Shown: positions 43,986 to 51,972 of the stretch, piece by piece
Position numbering within the stretch: the first letter of the stretch is position 1
Layout of the letters: every line of letters begins with the position of its first letter
Virus record (IMG/VR): IMGVR_UViG_3300037515_000591
Location: 1-64,000 of that record
Reading direction: 5' to 3' (one strand)
DNA: 64,000 bases
Source: a virus
Translations under genes and position numbers: made by a program
Notes under the pieces: generated by a model
The model's database searches: none
Told to the model about the DNA's origin: nothing
The model's input: the letters and a program-made list of their open reading frames with translations, nothing else

Positions 43986-44003
43986 GGGCGGCGCATGCCG
44001 CCC
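43986..44003 (-). terminator. short hairpin abutting stop of ORF 44008
   Basis: GGGCGGC gcat GCCGCCC. Confidence 0.35.
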
Positions 44004-44007
44004 GCGT

Positions 44008-44271
44008 TCAGGATGCCAGACCCGGGCGCTGCTCGTCGGCGATTGCGCGGGCGGCGGCGTGCAGTACGTCGGCCGGCAGGATGACGGCCTGCTCCCCGGG
44101 GCCGATGCCCGCGCCGTGCTGGGCGAGTTCGCGGGCCGAGATGTTCGGTACGCCGGGCACCTTGCCGATGATCAGGTAGTCGCCAGTGTCGAGGGCGAGG
44201 ACGGCCGGGCAACTGCTCTGTCCGGTGCAGCGCTCGGCGGGGCTGCTGCCGTAGCGGCGGACGATCTTCAC
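44008..44271 (-). CDS. hypothetical protein (87 aa)
   Basis: GTG 44271 in GTGA overlap; upstream part of the track ORF is Arg/Pro junk. Confidence 0.5.
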   Translation of the reverse strand: MKIVRRYGSSPAERCTGQSSCPAVLALDTGDYLIIGKVPGVPNISARELAQHGAGIGPGEQAVILPADVLHAAARAIADEQRPGLAS

Positions 44272-45173
44272 GACTGCTCCTTGGCCGGGTTGAGGATCGC
44301 GGTGTGGAGTTCGGCGAGCCGGATATCCCACCAGCGGGATACGGATGTGCCGATGGGTGGCGGTCCGGTTTTGACCCAGCGTTCGTACAGGTCGATGACG
44401 CGGGACACGTCGGCTTCGGCGCTGCGGTGGAGAGCGGCGAGGACTGCGGCGGTCTGCCGGTCCACGGTGGGCGCGGGCTGCTCGCGGAGTCCGGCCGGGG
44501 CGGGCGCTGGCGTGCCCGCGTCGCCGTACAGCAGCCAGTCCACCGACACATCTGCCGCTTCGGCGATGAGCACCATGTCGAGGCTGGTGGGGCGGTGGCC
44601 GAGATGGAGGATGCCGGGCAGTCGGCGGCTGATGTGTGGGGCGAGTTGGCGGCCTGGTGCGGGCAGTGTGAGGCTGCGGATGCGGGCGGTTCGCGCGGCC
44701 GTGGTGTCGGTCGCTTGGGTCGGGGCCGGGCCGGACGCGGGCTCGTCGAGGGCGCGGATGGTGTCGCAGGGCCAGGTGGTGTCGTAGCCGAGGCGCTGTC
44801 CGTGCGCGCAGTAGACGCAGGTGTCGCCGTGGCTGGCCTTCCGGTGCAGGGCGCAGACGCGGGCGACGGCGGCCTCGGCCTGCTCGGCGCGCTGCTCGGC
44901 CTCTTTGCGGAGCCGGTCGTGGTTCTTGCACGCGGTCATCGCCGTGTCTGCGGCTCGGGCTGCGAGCTGGCGTCCGTACTGCTCCCACTCGCGGGCATCG
45001 GTGAGGTCGGTGCGGAGGCGTTCGGCCTCGCGTCCGGCGGCCTCGGCGCGGGCGAGCTGGTCGTGCAGGTGGTCGAGGTCGTCGCTGGTCATCTCGTCCA
45101 GCTTCAGCCGGGCCGGCGGGTGTGGCTGGGCTTCGGCCGCGCGGCGGTCGAGCGCTGCGGGTTCTTGGTTCAT
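44268..45173 (-). CDS. coiled-coil / Cys-His / HTH-like protein
   Basis: ATG 45173 in ATGA overlap; HGDTCVYCAH; SLDMVLIAEAADVSVDWLLYG HTH-like. Confidence 0.55.
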   Translation of the reverse strand: MNQEPAALDRRAAEAQPHPPARLKLDEMTSDDLDHLHDQLARAEAAGREAERLRTDLTDAREWEQYGRQLAARAADTAMTACKNHDRLRKEAEQRAEQAEAAVARVCALHRKASHGDTCVYCAHGQRLGYDTTWPCDTIRALDEPASGPAPTQATDTTAARTARIRSLTLPAPGRQLAPHISRRLPGILHLGHRPTSLDMVLIAEAADVSVDWLLYGDAGTPAPAPAGLREQPAPTVDRQTAAVLAALHRSAEADVSRVIDLYERWVKTGPPPIGTSVSRWWDIRLAELHTAILNPAKEQS

Positions 45174-45343
45174 GGGGTGCTGCTCCTGGGGTCGTCGAAG
45201 CCGGGTTCGTCCCAGGCGACGGCTCCGCACTCGCGGCCGTTGATGATGAGTGGCGCGGCGTGCGGGCCCTGGTGGCCGGCGGGCTGGGTGCAGGTGGATT
45301 CGGGGTAGTCGTAGTGCGGGAGGCCGCACAGACGGGCGGTCAT
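45170..45343 (-). CDS. hypothetical 57-aa protein
   Basis: ATG 45343 in ATGA overlap. Confidence 0.4.
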   Translation of the reverse strand: MTARLCGLPHYDYPESTCTQPAGHQGPHAAPLIINGRECGAVAWDEPGFDDPRSSTP

Positions 45344-45453
45344 GCGGTCTCCCGGGGGATGCCGGTGTACGGGCAGAGGGTGTCGATGCTCTGGTGGCGG
45401 GCTCCGCAGTGACAGCGCCAGGGCCGCCACCGTGGGGGGAGGAGGCGTGTCAC
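45340..45453 (-). CDS. 37-aa Cys-containing peptide (not in track)
   Basis: own translation VTRLLPPRWRPWRCHCGARHQSIDTLCPYTGIPRETA; GTGA and ATGA overlaps. Confidence 0.3.
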   Translation of the reverse strand: MTRLLPPRWRPWRCHCGARHQSIDTLCPYTGIPRETA

Positions 45454-45779
45454 GGCTGGCCTCCGCCGTTGATGGCGCGGGCCACGGCGAGGGCGTGGCG
45501 GGCGTCCTCGGGCATGGCGGCGTCGTCCCGGAAGTCGATGCCGGTCCAGGACTCCAGCCAGGCGGCAACGGCCTTGCCGACACCGGGGTGCATGGCTGCG
45601 ATGTAGCGCAGATCGCCGGGTGCGTCCCCGTAGGCGACCTCCCAGCCGGTTGCGGTGCGCACCGAATCGTTAGGCAGGCCCTTCGCGTACCGCCACGGCT
45701 GGTTGTTGGCGGGCGCGCCCATCGCGAGGGTTCGGATCTTCTCGGCTGCGGCCTTGAGTTCGTCGGCGGGTGTGGTCAC
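45450..45779 (-). CDS. hypothetical protein
   Basis: 109-aa track ORF, balanced composition. Confidence 0.55.
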   Translation of the reverse strand: MTTPADELKAAAEKIRTLAMGAPANNQPWRYAKGLPNDSVRTATGWEVAYGDAPGDLRYIAAMHPGVGKAVAAWLESWTGIDFRDDAAMPEDARHALAVARAINGGGQP

Positions 45780-45934
45780 AGGTAGCTCCCGGCGGGTTGG
45801 ATGTCGGTGAGGGTGAAGAACTGTGCGGCGGTGATGTGTTGGCCGCGGAGGTCTGGCGGGAGGAGGGGCGTGTCTTCGTCGTCGTCCCAGTCGGGTTCGC
45901 AGTCGGCCCAGTCGAGGGCGAACAGGTCGCTCAC
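45776..45934 (-). CDS. 52-aa acidic peptide (not in track)
   Basis: own translation VSDLFALDWADCEPDWDDDEDTPLLPPDLRGQHITAAQFFTLTDIQPAGSYL; GTGA overlaps at both ends. Confidence 0.4.
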   Translation of the reverse strand: MSDLFALDWADCEPDWDDDEDTPLLPPDLRGQHITAAQFFTLTDIQPAGSYL

Positions 45935-46083
45935 GGCTGCTCGTCGCCGTCCGCGTCGTTGTGGCAGATGCAGGGGCAGTCGGTTTCGCCGGTCTCGCAG
46001 CAGTCGATGACGCGGCCGGAGACGGAGTGGATGGCGTTGCGGCGCCCTTGCTCGGCGTCGGGGTTCTGCTTCGGCACGGTCAT
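45931..46083 (-). CDS. 50-aa Cys-rich peptide
   Basis: ATG 46083 in ATGA overlap; CCETGETDCPCICH. Confidence 0.4.
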   Translation of the reverse strand: MTVPKQNPDAEQGRRNAIHSVSGRVIDCCETGETDCPCICHNDADGDEQP

Positions 46084-46205
46084 CGTGTGCTCCGGGTGCG
46101 TGCGGTGTGGTAGAGGGTGCGGGCTGCCCAGCGGAGGGCGAGCAGGATGGCGGAGATGAACGGGGCGCAGACGATGCCGACGCCTAGCGCGTAGCCGGGG
46201 TTCAC
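46080..46205 (-). CDS. 41-aa membrane peptide
   Basis: GTG 46205 in GTGA overlap; YALGVGIVCAPFISAILLAL. Confidence 0.35.
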   Translation of the reverse strand: MNPGYALGVGIVCAPFISAILLALRWAARTLYHTARTRSTR

Positions 46206-46468
46206 GCGGCCTCCTCGAAGTCCGGAGGCTCTGAGGGCTCCTGTGGGGCCTGTGAGCCTCTGGCGCGGGTACGGGCAAGGATCCGGGCCCGGAGCCACCC
46301 TCGGGCCCACAGAGGGCGCCTGAGCCGCTTCCTGACGGCACGCCACGCCCACGCGACGGCAGCCGCTGCGCCGAGGAGCAGCAGCGTGCCCACGACCGCG
46401 AAGACGGCAATCCAGGCGAGGAGCGCCCACAGCATGCGGTCGATCGCCTCGTACAGGTCGACGATCAC
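46202..46468 (-). CDS. 88-aa membrane protein
   Basis: GTG 46468 in GTGA overlap; LWALLAWIAVFAVVGTLLLLGAAAAVAWAW. Confidence 0.45.
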   Translation of the reverse strand: MIVDLYEAIDRMLWALLAWIAVFAVVGTLLLLGAAAAVAWAWRAVRKRLRRPLWARGWLRARILARTRARGSQAPQEPSEPPDFEEAA

Positions 46469-46686
46469 GGCGACCGCCTGCTCGGGTCCGTCTCGACGGC
46501 GAACGTGGTCGTGACTCGCACGAGCCGGTACCGGCACTTCGGGCTGGCGCCCCGGCGCTCGGCCATGAACTCGGCCGCGCGGCTGAGCGGGAACAGGTTG
46601 CTGGTGTGGTCGCTCCAGGCGCCGCCGGGCTTGTACTGGATCTGGAGCATCCACGACGTCTGAGGCGGGCGTTCGTGTCGCGCCAT
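46465..46686 (-). CDS. hypothetical protein
   Basis: 73-aa track ORF. Confidence 0.5.
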   Translation of the reverse strand: MARHERPPQTSWMLQIQYKPGGAWSDHTSNLFPLSRAAEFMAERRGASPKCRYRLVRVTTTFAVETDPSRRSP

Positions 46687-46688
46687 GG

Positions 46689-47462
46689 TCAGGCCTCCCC
46701 GTCGGGCTGCGCCACAACAGCGGGCGCGGCTTCGGCAAGTGCTGCACCCAGGGCGTCACGGAGCTGGCCAGCGGCCTGGACCTGGAGAATCAACTGCCCG
46801 GCAGGAGCGAACTCGGCGAGGTTGACGGCCTTGTTGATCCACACGGCTACCCGTCCGTCGTGGTGGACGGCACCGGCGGACTCGTCCCAGAACAGCAGCG
46901 GCGGCTCGGTCTCGGGCTGTGGCGTCTCGTCGGCCATGCGGTCGAAGGTGTCGGCGAAGGCTCCGCGCCTCACCGCTACGGCAGCTTCACGGAATGCCTC
47001 GGCGCGGACGGCGGCCTGGTCGATGCTCGCGGGCAGCACGGACAGGACCGCGTCGGCGATCTCGTAACTACGGGCCCTCGCAATGACCTTCGGCAGCGTG
47101 TCGAGCAGGATCGGCACCGCCACATCGGCGATGTGGTCGCGGAGGTCGGCCCGGTCTGTGGCAGGCGCAGGCCCGGCAGACACGACGGCAGGCTCGTAGG
47201 TCTCCGCGAGCACGTCCTCAGCGACCGGATAAAACTCGCCCTTCACACCACACACGACGTGCTGCCCGGTGTACACGCCGACCCACGTGGAGTGCAGGAC
47301 GTCGAAGACCTGCGCGGTGATCTCCGGGTCCTCGGCGCGGTCCTCCGGCGGGACGGCCTCGAAGCGGTGGTTGGTGAAGGCGATCAGCTCGGCTTCGTTG
47401 CTGCCAGTCCACTGGACGGTGTCGACCTCGATGGGGCGTTTGCGGTAGCGGGTGATGGTCAC
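46689..47462 (-). CDS. hypothetical protein
   Basis: 257 aa; N-terminal YRKRPIEVDTVQWTG small-barrel-like motif common in phage proteins. Confidence 0.55.
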   Translation of the reverse strand: MTITRYRKRPIEVDTVQWTGSNEAELIAFTNHRFEAVPPEDRAEDPEITAQVFDVLHSTWVGVYTGQHVVCGVKGEFYPVAEDVLAETYEPAVVSAGPAPATDRADLRDHIADVAVPILLDTLPKVIARARSYEIADAVLSVLPASIDQAAVRAEAFREAAVAVRRGAFADTFDRMADETPQPETEPPLLFWDESAGAVHHDGRVAVWINKAVNLAEFAPAGQLILQVQAAGQLRDALGAALAEAAPAVVAQPDGEA

Positions 47463-47501
47463 GGTGTGGCTCCTCCGGTGTGGGTGTGCGGGGGCGGACG
47501 A

Positions 47502-47855
47502 TCAGACGGCGGCGGGCGGGTTGCGGCGGTAGACGTCGAGTGCGGTGCGCCCGTTGACGATCAGGTGCGGGGCGGCCTGCTTGGCGAGCTGCTGCGCGGT
47601 GTCGAGGTCGAAGCGATGCGCGGCCAGCCACTCCTCCTCCCGCTCGGAGGGGATCGACTCGTAGGACCACTCACCCGCAGCGTTGAGGCACTGGCGGTGA
47701 CGGACCACAGCCCACCGGTCGTGGCCTCGGAACTCGACGTCGATCGTGAACGCGGAGCGGTTGATGTCGTCGGCGGGGAAGATCGACACCTCGAAGCGGG
47801 TCGCCTCGACGAACGGGACGGGCGGCTGGTCGTGGGTTTGGGGTGTGGTGGGCAC
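47502..47855 (-). CDS. hypothetical protein
   Basis: GTG 47855 after GAGGAG; upstream part of the track ORF is Arg/Pro junk. Confidence 0.5.
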   Translation of the reverse strand: MPTTPQTHDQPPVPFVEATRFEVSIFPADDINRSAFTIDVEFRGHDRWAVVRHRQCLNAAGEWSYESIPSEREEEWLAAHRFDLDTAQQLAKQAAPHLIVNGRTALDVYRRNPPAAV

Positions 47856-47893
47856 GGTGTGGCTCCTCGCGCGAGGTAGTGATCGACTGCGGG

Positions 47894-48085
47894 TCAGGCG
47901 GCTTCGGGCTGGTCGACGAGGTGGAGGTGCGGTCGGCGGTCGCGGTGGTAGGTCCAGTCGTCGAGGGCTTCGAGGAGGGCGGCGACGTGGGCGGCTTGCT
48001 GTTCGGGCGTCCATGTGGGGCGACGGTCTGGGGGTGGGGGGCGGGTGGGGATGGCTTCGGCGAGGAGCCGCTCGTACGCGTTCAC
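47894..48085 (-). CDS. hypothetical 63-aa protein
   Basis: GTG 48085 in GTGA overlap. Confidence 0.4.
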   Translation of the reverse strand: MNAYERLLAEAIPTRPPPPDRRPTWTPEQQAAHVAALLEALDDWTYHRDRRPHLHLVDQPEAA

Positions 48086-48465
48086 GGGGTGGCCCGGTCT
48101 GCGGCGGTCTTCATGATCTGGATGCCGTCGGGGTGGGCGTGGACTGTGGACGTGACGGCGTCGTGCCAGGAGCGGGCGCTGGCGAGGGTGTGCTTCAGGT
48201 CGGCGATCTCGCGGCGGGCCGTGGCGAGTTGCTCCGCGATGGTCTGGCAGGAGCAGACGTCGATGTCCGGGTTCACGACGCGGGAGAGGCAGCCGGGGAT
48301 GAGGAAGCGTCCGCCGTGGCCGTCGTCGTACCAGTGGCACGGCTGCGGGCCGGAGTGCTCCGACTCGGGCGGCAGGCCCTGCTCGGCGCGGAGCCGGTCG
48401 GCCTTCTCCTGGAGCGTCTCGGTGTCGTAGGCGTGGTCGTGGGCGTTGCCCTTACGAGGGCTCAT
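48082..48465 (-). CDS. hypothetical protein
   Basis: 127-aa track ORF; Cys/His residues, C-terminal coiled coil. Confidence 0.55.
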   Translation of the reverse strand: MSPRKGNAHDHAYDTETLQEKADRLRAEQGLPPESEHSGPQPCHWYDDGHGGRFLIPGCLSRVVNPDIDVCSCQTIAEQLATARREIADLKHTLASARSWHDAVTSTVHAHPDGIQIMKTAADRATP

Positions 48466-48619
48466 CGGGTGCCTCCTCGGCTTGCCGGGCGGTGTGTGCG
48501 GTTTTGCGTGCGTCGTGGCTGGCGATGGCGAGTTTCCGGCCGCGGGGGCTGGTGCAACGCTGGCCGGGCGGGGCCTGGCACCAGGGGCAGCGGACCGACC
48601 ACTCCGGAAGCTGGGTCAC
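48452..48619 (-). CDS. 55-aa zinc-finger protein
   Basis: GTG 48619 in GTGA overlap; CPWCQAPPGQRCTSPRG...SHDAR. Confidence 0.45.
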   Translation of the reverse strand: MTQLPEWSVRCPWCQAPPGQRCTSPRGRKLAIASHDARKTAHTARQAEEAPDEPS

Positions 48620-49389
48620 GACGCCTCGGTCTTCCGGAGGCCGTCTTGGAACTCGTCCAGTTGGGCGCGCTCCTGAGGCGTCAGCCGGGCGAGACGGTCC
48701 CGGGCGGCAGCGCGGAGCCGTTCCTCTTCGGCGGCGGCCTGTTCGGCGGTCTGCTCCGGTGCGCCCTGTGCGGCCCTGAGGCGGGCGCTGTGCGGCTTCG
48801 GGCGGGGTTTCCCCAGCGGCTGCTTCGCGGAGCCGCCTGGCGTCTTGCATGGGCGTCCTATGGCGGCGTGGCAGGCGGGGCACTCGATGCCGAGCGGCCC
48901 GGTGCGGCGGACGGTGTCGACGAGCTCCGTCTTCACCGCGCCCTCGTCGGAGTCCGGGACCGTCCGGATGTCTTCCCAGCCGCGGGCCTCCAGCCCGTCT
49001 GTGAGCTGTTTCGACGGACCGCCGGTGAGAGCCAGCCGGCTGGAGGGTGGTGCGATGCGGCCGGAGGCGATGGCCTGGGTCTGGCCGCGGAGTCGGGCGA
49101 GGTACTCCTGCCATGTCTCGTCGCCGACGGGCTCGTACTGGAAGTTCACCAGCCGCGCCGAACGCAGCTTCGTACGGAGGGTGCGGATGTGGTGCGGGAG
49201 GATCCACAGCCGCTCTCCCGGGTTTTGCGGCGGGGTCGTGTAGTACACGGCGACCGCGGCCTTCGCATCAGAGTCGAGCGGCACGTCGTGGAGGGCGGAG
49301 GCCCAGGCAACCGCGGCGGCGACGGAGGGCTGCCGGTTGTCGAAGGAGGTGCAGTGGCCGAGGAGTTCGGCGGCTTCGTCGGGGTTCAT
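48616..49389 (-). CDS. hypothetical replication-module protein with zinc-finger motif
   Basis: ATG 49389 in ATGA overlap; CPACHAAIGRPCKTPGG...HSAR, same motif as the downstream 55-aa ORF. Confidence 0.55.
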   Translation of the reverse strand: MNPDEAAELLGHCTSFDNRQPSVAAAVAWASALHDVPLDSDAKAAVAVYYTTPPQNPGERLWILPHHIRTLRTKLRSARLVNFQYEPVGDETWQEYLARLRGQTQAIASGRIAPPSSRLALTGGPSKQLTDGLEARGWEDIRTVPDSDEGAVKTELVDTVRRTGPLGIECPACHAAIGRPCKTPGGSAKQPLGKPRPKPHSARLRAAQGAPEQTAEQAAAEEERLRAAARDRLARLTPQERAQLDEFQDGLRKTEAS

Positions 49390-50243
49390 GCGGAGTCTCC
49401 TTGCTCGCGGAGTTGGGCGGCGATGGCGGCCCAGCCGGCGACCTTGGCGTCGGTGCCGGTGAGGGTGGTTTGGCCCCCGCCGGAGAGCGGGACGAGGAAG
49501 GCGCCTTGGGTGGGCCGGGTGGCCCGGTCGGCGGCTTTTTTGGCGTCGTCGCGGATCCACTTCTGCCAGGCGTCGGGCCAGCTTTTGCGGCGGGTGCCGG
49601 TGGATCGGTAGTGGCTGACGAACTGGGCGGTGGAGTGCTCGATGTCGAGACCGGGGTATGTGGCTGCGACCCAGCGACGCATCGAGTCGGTTAGCTGGAA
49701 GCCGTCGATCTCGATCGGAGTGGGCGCGGGAGGGCCGTCAGGCCGGGCGGTCGGAGCCGTCGGCCGAGGCTGGTTCGAAGAGGCCTCAGCCCCCTCTTTC
49801 TGCGTTCCTTCTGGTGTATCTGCGTTAACTGCGTTATGGGGTGCGGATTCTGCACCCCTACCGGTACGGATTCCGTACCCCCCCGGTACGGAATCTGTAC
49901 CCCTGGGGGTGCCGTTTCTGGACCGGTACGGATTCCGTACCGGTACAGAATCCGTACCCCCCTTACGGGTGTGGCCCTTGGCGCCGGGGAGGCGGTAGCG
50001 GGTCTCTCCGTGCGGTCCCTTCTGGCCGAGCACGATCTCCAGTTCGCCGGATTCGAGGAGGGCGTCGACCGCCTTGATCACGGCTGTCCGTGACGCCTGT
50101 GAACGACGGATCAGGAAGGTGGTCCCGGCGTACGCCGAGACGTCCGGCCCGCTCGCCTTGTCGGCGATGGCGAGCAGCACGAGTCGCGCCGTGTTCTTGG
50201 AAGCGGAGTGCTCCCATACCCAGTCCTGTGCGTCGAGGCTCAA
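49386..50243 (-). CDS. replication initiator/organizer-like protein (N-terminal winged HTH)
   Basis: ARLVLLAIADKA...TFLIRRSQASRTAVIKAVDALLESGELEI; C-terminal FVSHYRSTGTRRKSWPDAWQKWI; TTG start after AGAAGGA; iterons in the linker-coding region. Confidence 0.6.
   Translation of the reverse strand: MSLDAQDWVWEHSASKNTARLVLLAIADKASGPDVSAYAGTTFLIRRSQASRTAVIKAVDALLESGELEIVLGQKGPHGETRYRLPGAKGHTRKGGTDSVPVRNPYRSRNGTPRGTDSVPGGYGIRTGRGAESAPHNAVNADTPEGTQKEGAEASSNQPRPTAPTARPDGPPAPTPIEIDGFQLTDSMRRWVAATYPGLDIEHSTAQFVSHYRSTGTRRKSWPDAWQKWIRDDAKKAADRATRPTQGAFLVPLSGGGQTTLTGTDAKVAGWAAIAAQLREQGDSA
49841..49959. repeat. six 17-bp palindromic iteron-like repeats (putative ori)
   Basis: GGTRCRGAWTCYGYACC-type copies at 49841, 49864, 49886, 49909 (degenerate), 49926, 49943; two are perfect GGTACGGATTCCGTACC; flanked by 3x CTGCGTT at 49801-49836. 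Confidence 0.65.
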
Positions 50244-50282
50244 CGGTCCTTCTCTCGGTCGTGCCGTTCGGAGGTACGAGGC

Positions 50283-50306
50283 GGGGGCGCCGCGGTGGGC
50301 GCCCCC
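50283..50306 (-). terminator. hairpin between the 261-aa gene and the replication gene
   Basis: perfect 9-bp stem GGGGGCGCC/GGCGCCCCC, 6-nt loop, 10 nt beyond stop at 50316. Confidence 0.5.
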
Positions 50307-50315
50307 GATCCGTGG

Positions 50316-51101
50316 TTACGCGGCTTCCATGTCGAAGAGGGCTGGTTCCTCGCGAAGCCCGTTCAGGACGGAGATCACCAGCCATGCGGTCCGCGCGTTG
50401 GCCTGGTTGCCGACGAGGAGAGACGAGCCGGGGCCAAGATGTAGGGCGCCCATCACGTACTTCTTGCGCTCGGTCTCCGACATCGCGGTGAGGTTGCTGT
50501 GCTTGCGCATCAGCTCGAACACGCCCCACTCCCGCAGTGAGAGGTTGTGCGGGCCTGCTTCGTCGTGGAAGCGCAGGTACGGGACGTACGGGAACCGCTT
50601 GGCGCCCTTGGGGTCCGGGCGGCCGTCGTCGAACAGCGTGAGCTGCGGGGAGTCCGGTGACTCGGGGTTGTACTTGAAGCTCAGCTCGACCTGCTCGGGG
50701 TGGAGTACGGCGAGGCTCGTCTTGTCCTTGCCGTATCCGGCGATGCGCTTGTTGGCTTCGGTGATGGAGGGCAGCACGCACCGCTTCAGCAGTTGGGCGC
50801 GCTGGGCTGCGGGCACGGTGCCGGTGACGTGGAAAGCCCGGTTGATGTCGTCGTGGTGGTCGCGGCGGAGGTCGTCTCCGGCGATGCGGTAGGACTCAGC
50901 TCGGGAGTCGCTGGAGTTGCGGTCCAGGGTGATGGTGCTGATGGACCAGCGGGGTGGGGCCTGGTAGCGGGAGAGCGGGTAGATGCGGATGAGTTGGCGG
51001 AGGGTGGCGGAGTAGCCGGCGGAGCAGACGAATACGCGGCCGTCGCGGCTGGGTTCGGGGACGGTTTTGCCGAGCATCACGAAGTCGTCGATGGTGATCA
51101 C
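50316..51101 (-). CDS. hypothetical globular protein (261 aa), family not recognised
   Basis: VMLGKTVPEPSRDGRVFVCSAGYS...LIRIYPL N-terminus; balanced composition; lower GC. Confidence 0.6.
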   Translation of the reverse strand: MITIDDFVMLGKTVPEPSRDGRVFVCSAGYSATLRQLIRIYPLSRYQAPPRWSISTITLDRNSSDSRAESYRIAGDDLRRDHHDDINRAFHVTGTVPAAQRAQLLKRCVLPSITEANKRIAGYGKDKTSLAVLHPEQVELSFKYNPESPDSPQLTLFDDGRPDPKGAKRFPYVPYLRFHDEAGPHNLSLREWGVFELMRKHSNLTAMSETERKKYVMGALHLGPGSSLLVGNQANARTAWLVISVLNGLREEPALFDMEAA

Positions 51102-51583
51102 TCCGCGGCCTCCTCGTGCGCCAGCTTCTGCAAATCCCTGATCTGCTGGAGGACACCGGCAGCTCGGTCGTTGCTGCTGATGAAGTCAGCGATGGCAACC
51201 TCGGTGCCTTCGTGGTCGAGCCAGGAATGCTCTAGCAGGGCGCCAACGAACCTGCGGTAGTGCTCGATGACCAAGTGGCCATCTGACTTGCAGCGCTCGA
51301 ATTGCGGCCTCATGTGCTGCTCGCAGCCGTCTGCCAGCGGGAGCCCATAGCCGACCAGAAGTGCATCAACCTCGCTGTGTTCAAGATCGGGCAAGAAGTG
51401 GCTGAGGATCTGGTGGGCGTATGCCGCCGAGTCGTTCTCTTCCGTCGGCGTGAGTCCCCAACCGCCTTCCCATTCAGGGAAGAACATCGGGATCCAGCTC
51501 GAATCGATCGTCTGCGGATCGCGGCCCTCTTTGGCGCACCGGATCAGTTCGGCAGCCAGTTCTTCTCGGGTGTAGTCGCTCAC
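51098..51583 (-). CDS. hypothetical protein, paralog B
   Basis: GTG 51583 in GTGA overlap; N-terminus VSDYTREELAAELIRCAKEGRDPQTIDSSW aligns with paralog A. Confidence 0.55.
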   Translation of the reverse strand: MSDYTREELAAELIRCAKEGRDPQTIDSSWIPMFFPEWEGGWGLTPTEENDSAAYAHQILSHFLPDLEHSEVDALLVGYGLPLADGCEQHMRPQFERCKSDGHLVIEHYRRFVGALLEHSWLDHEGTEVAIADFISSNDRAAGVLQQIRDLQKLAHEEAAE

Positions 51584-51972
51584 AGTTCGTCTGCTCCATC
51601 TTGAGGGTTCGGGCAACGGCACGTTCCGTCACTGTTGAACTCGTCGCCGAATGAGCTGGCGATGCGCGTCAAGTCCTCTTCGGAGATTCCTCCGTCACGC
51701 AGCCACTGGATCTCTTCCGTGGCCGTCATGCACGGGTGCTCCCAGTACGCGGTCCAGACCGTCTTGAGCTCTTCCGGAGTCAGGGGAAGCATTTCGAGGA
51801 ACCCCACGCCATAGGCACGCACGGCGTTCTCGTCTCCGTGGGGAAGATGGCCTGCTTCGTTCATGTGGAAGTACTGGCGCAGCCAGGAGGTCTTGATGGC
51901 GAATGGATCGCTTCCTTCGTTCAACGCCTGCTTGATGGCGTCGGCGAGCTCTGCAGGAGACATGTCGGTCAC
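51580..51972 (-). CDS. hypothetical protein, paralog A
   Basis: GTG 51972 in GTGA overlap (alt ATG 51963); VTDMSPAELADAIKQALNEGSDPFAIKTSW; ends GADEL like the upstream gene. Confidence 0.55.
   Translation of the reverse strand: MTDMSPAELADAIKQALNEGSDPFAIKTSWLRQYFHMNEAGHLPHGDENAVRAYGVGFLEMLPLTPEELKTVWTAYWEHPCMTATEEIQWLRDGGISEEDLTRIASSFGDEFNSDGTCRCPNPQDGADEL

Noticed and set aside
43795-44007. tRNA or integrase/attP in the longest non-coding gap
   Set aside because: There is no GGTTCGAATCC-type T-loop or cloverleaf, and no tyrosine or serine recombinase ORF anywhere in the window. The GGTTCGAAG at about 49770 is inside the replication gene and lacks tRNA arms.
43451-44988. Long minus-strand ORFs 43451-44551 and 44008-44988
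   Set aside because: They are mostly Arg/Pro-rich junk crossing hairpins and a plus-strand gene. Only the last 87 codons of the second (44008-44271), which start at a GTGA overlap, look coding.
47746-49611. 621-aa plus-strand ORF
   Set aside because: It is antisense to a chain of GTGA/ATGA-coupled minus-strand genes and has Gly/Arg-rich junk composition.
49841-49959. Possible CRISPR array
   Set aside because: The repeats are 17-bp dyads with 0-6 nt between them, there are no spacer-sized unique segments, they lie inside a coding region, and there are no cas genes. They fit iterons better.
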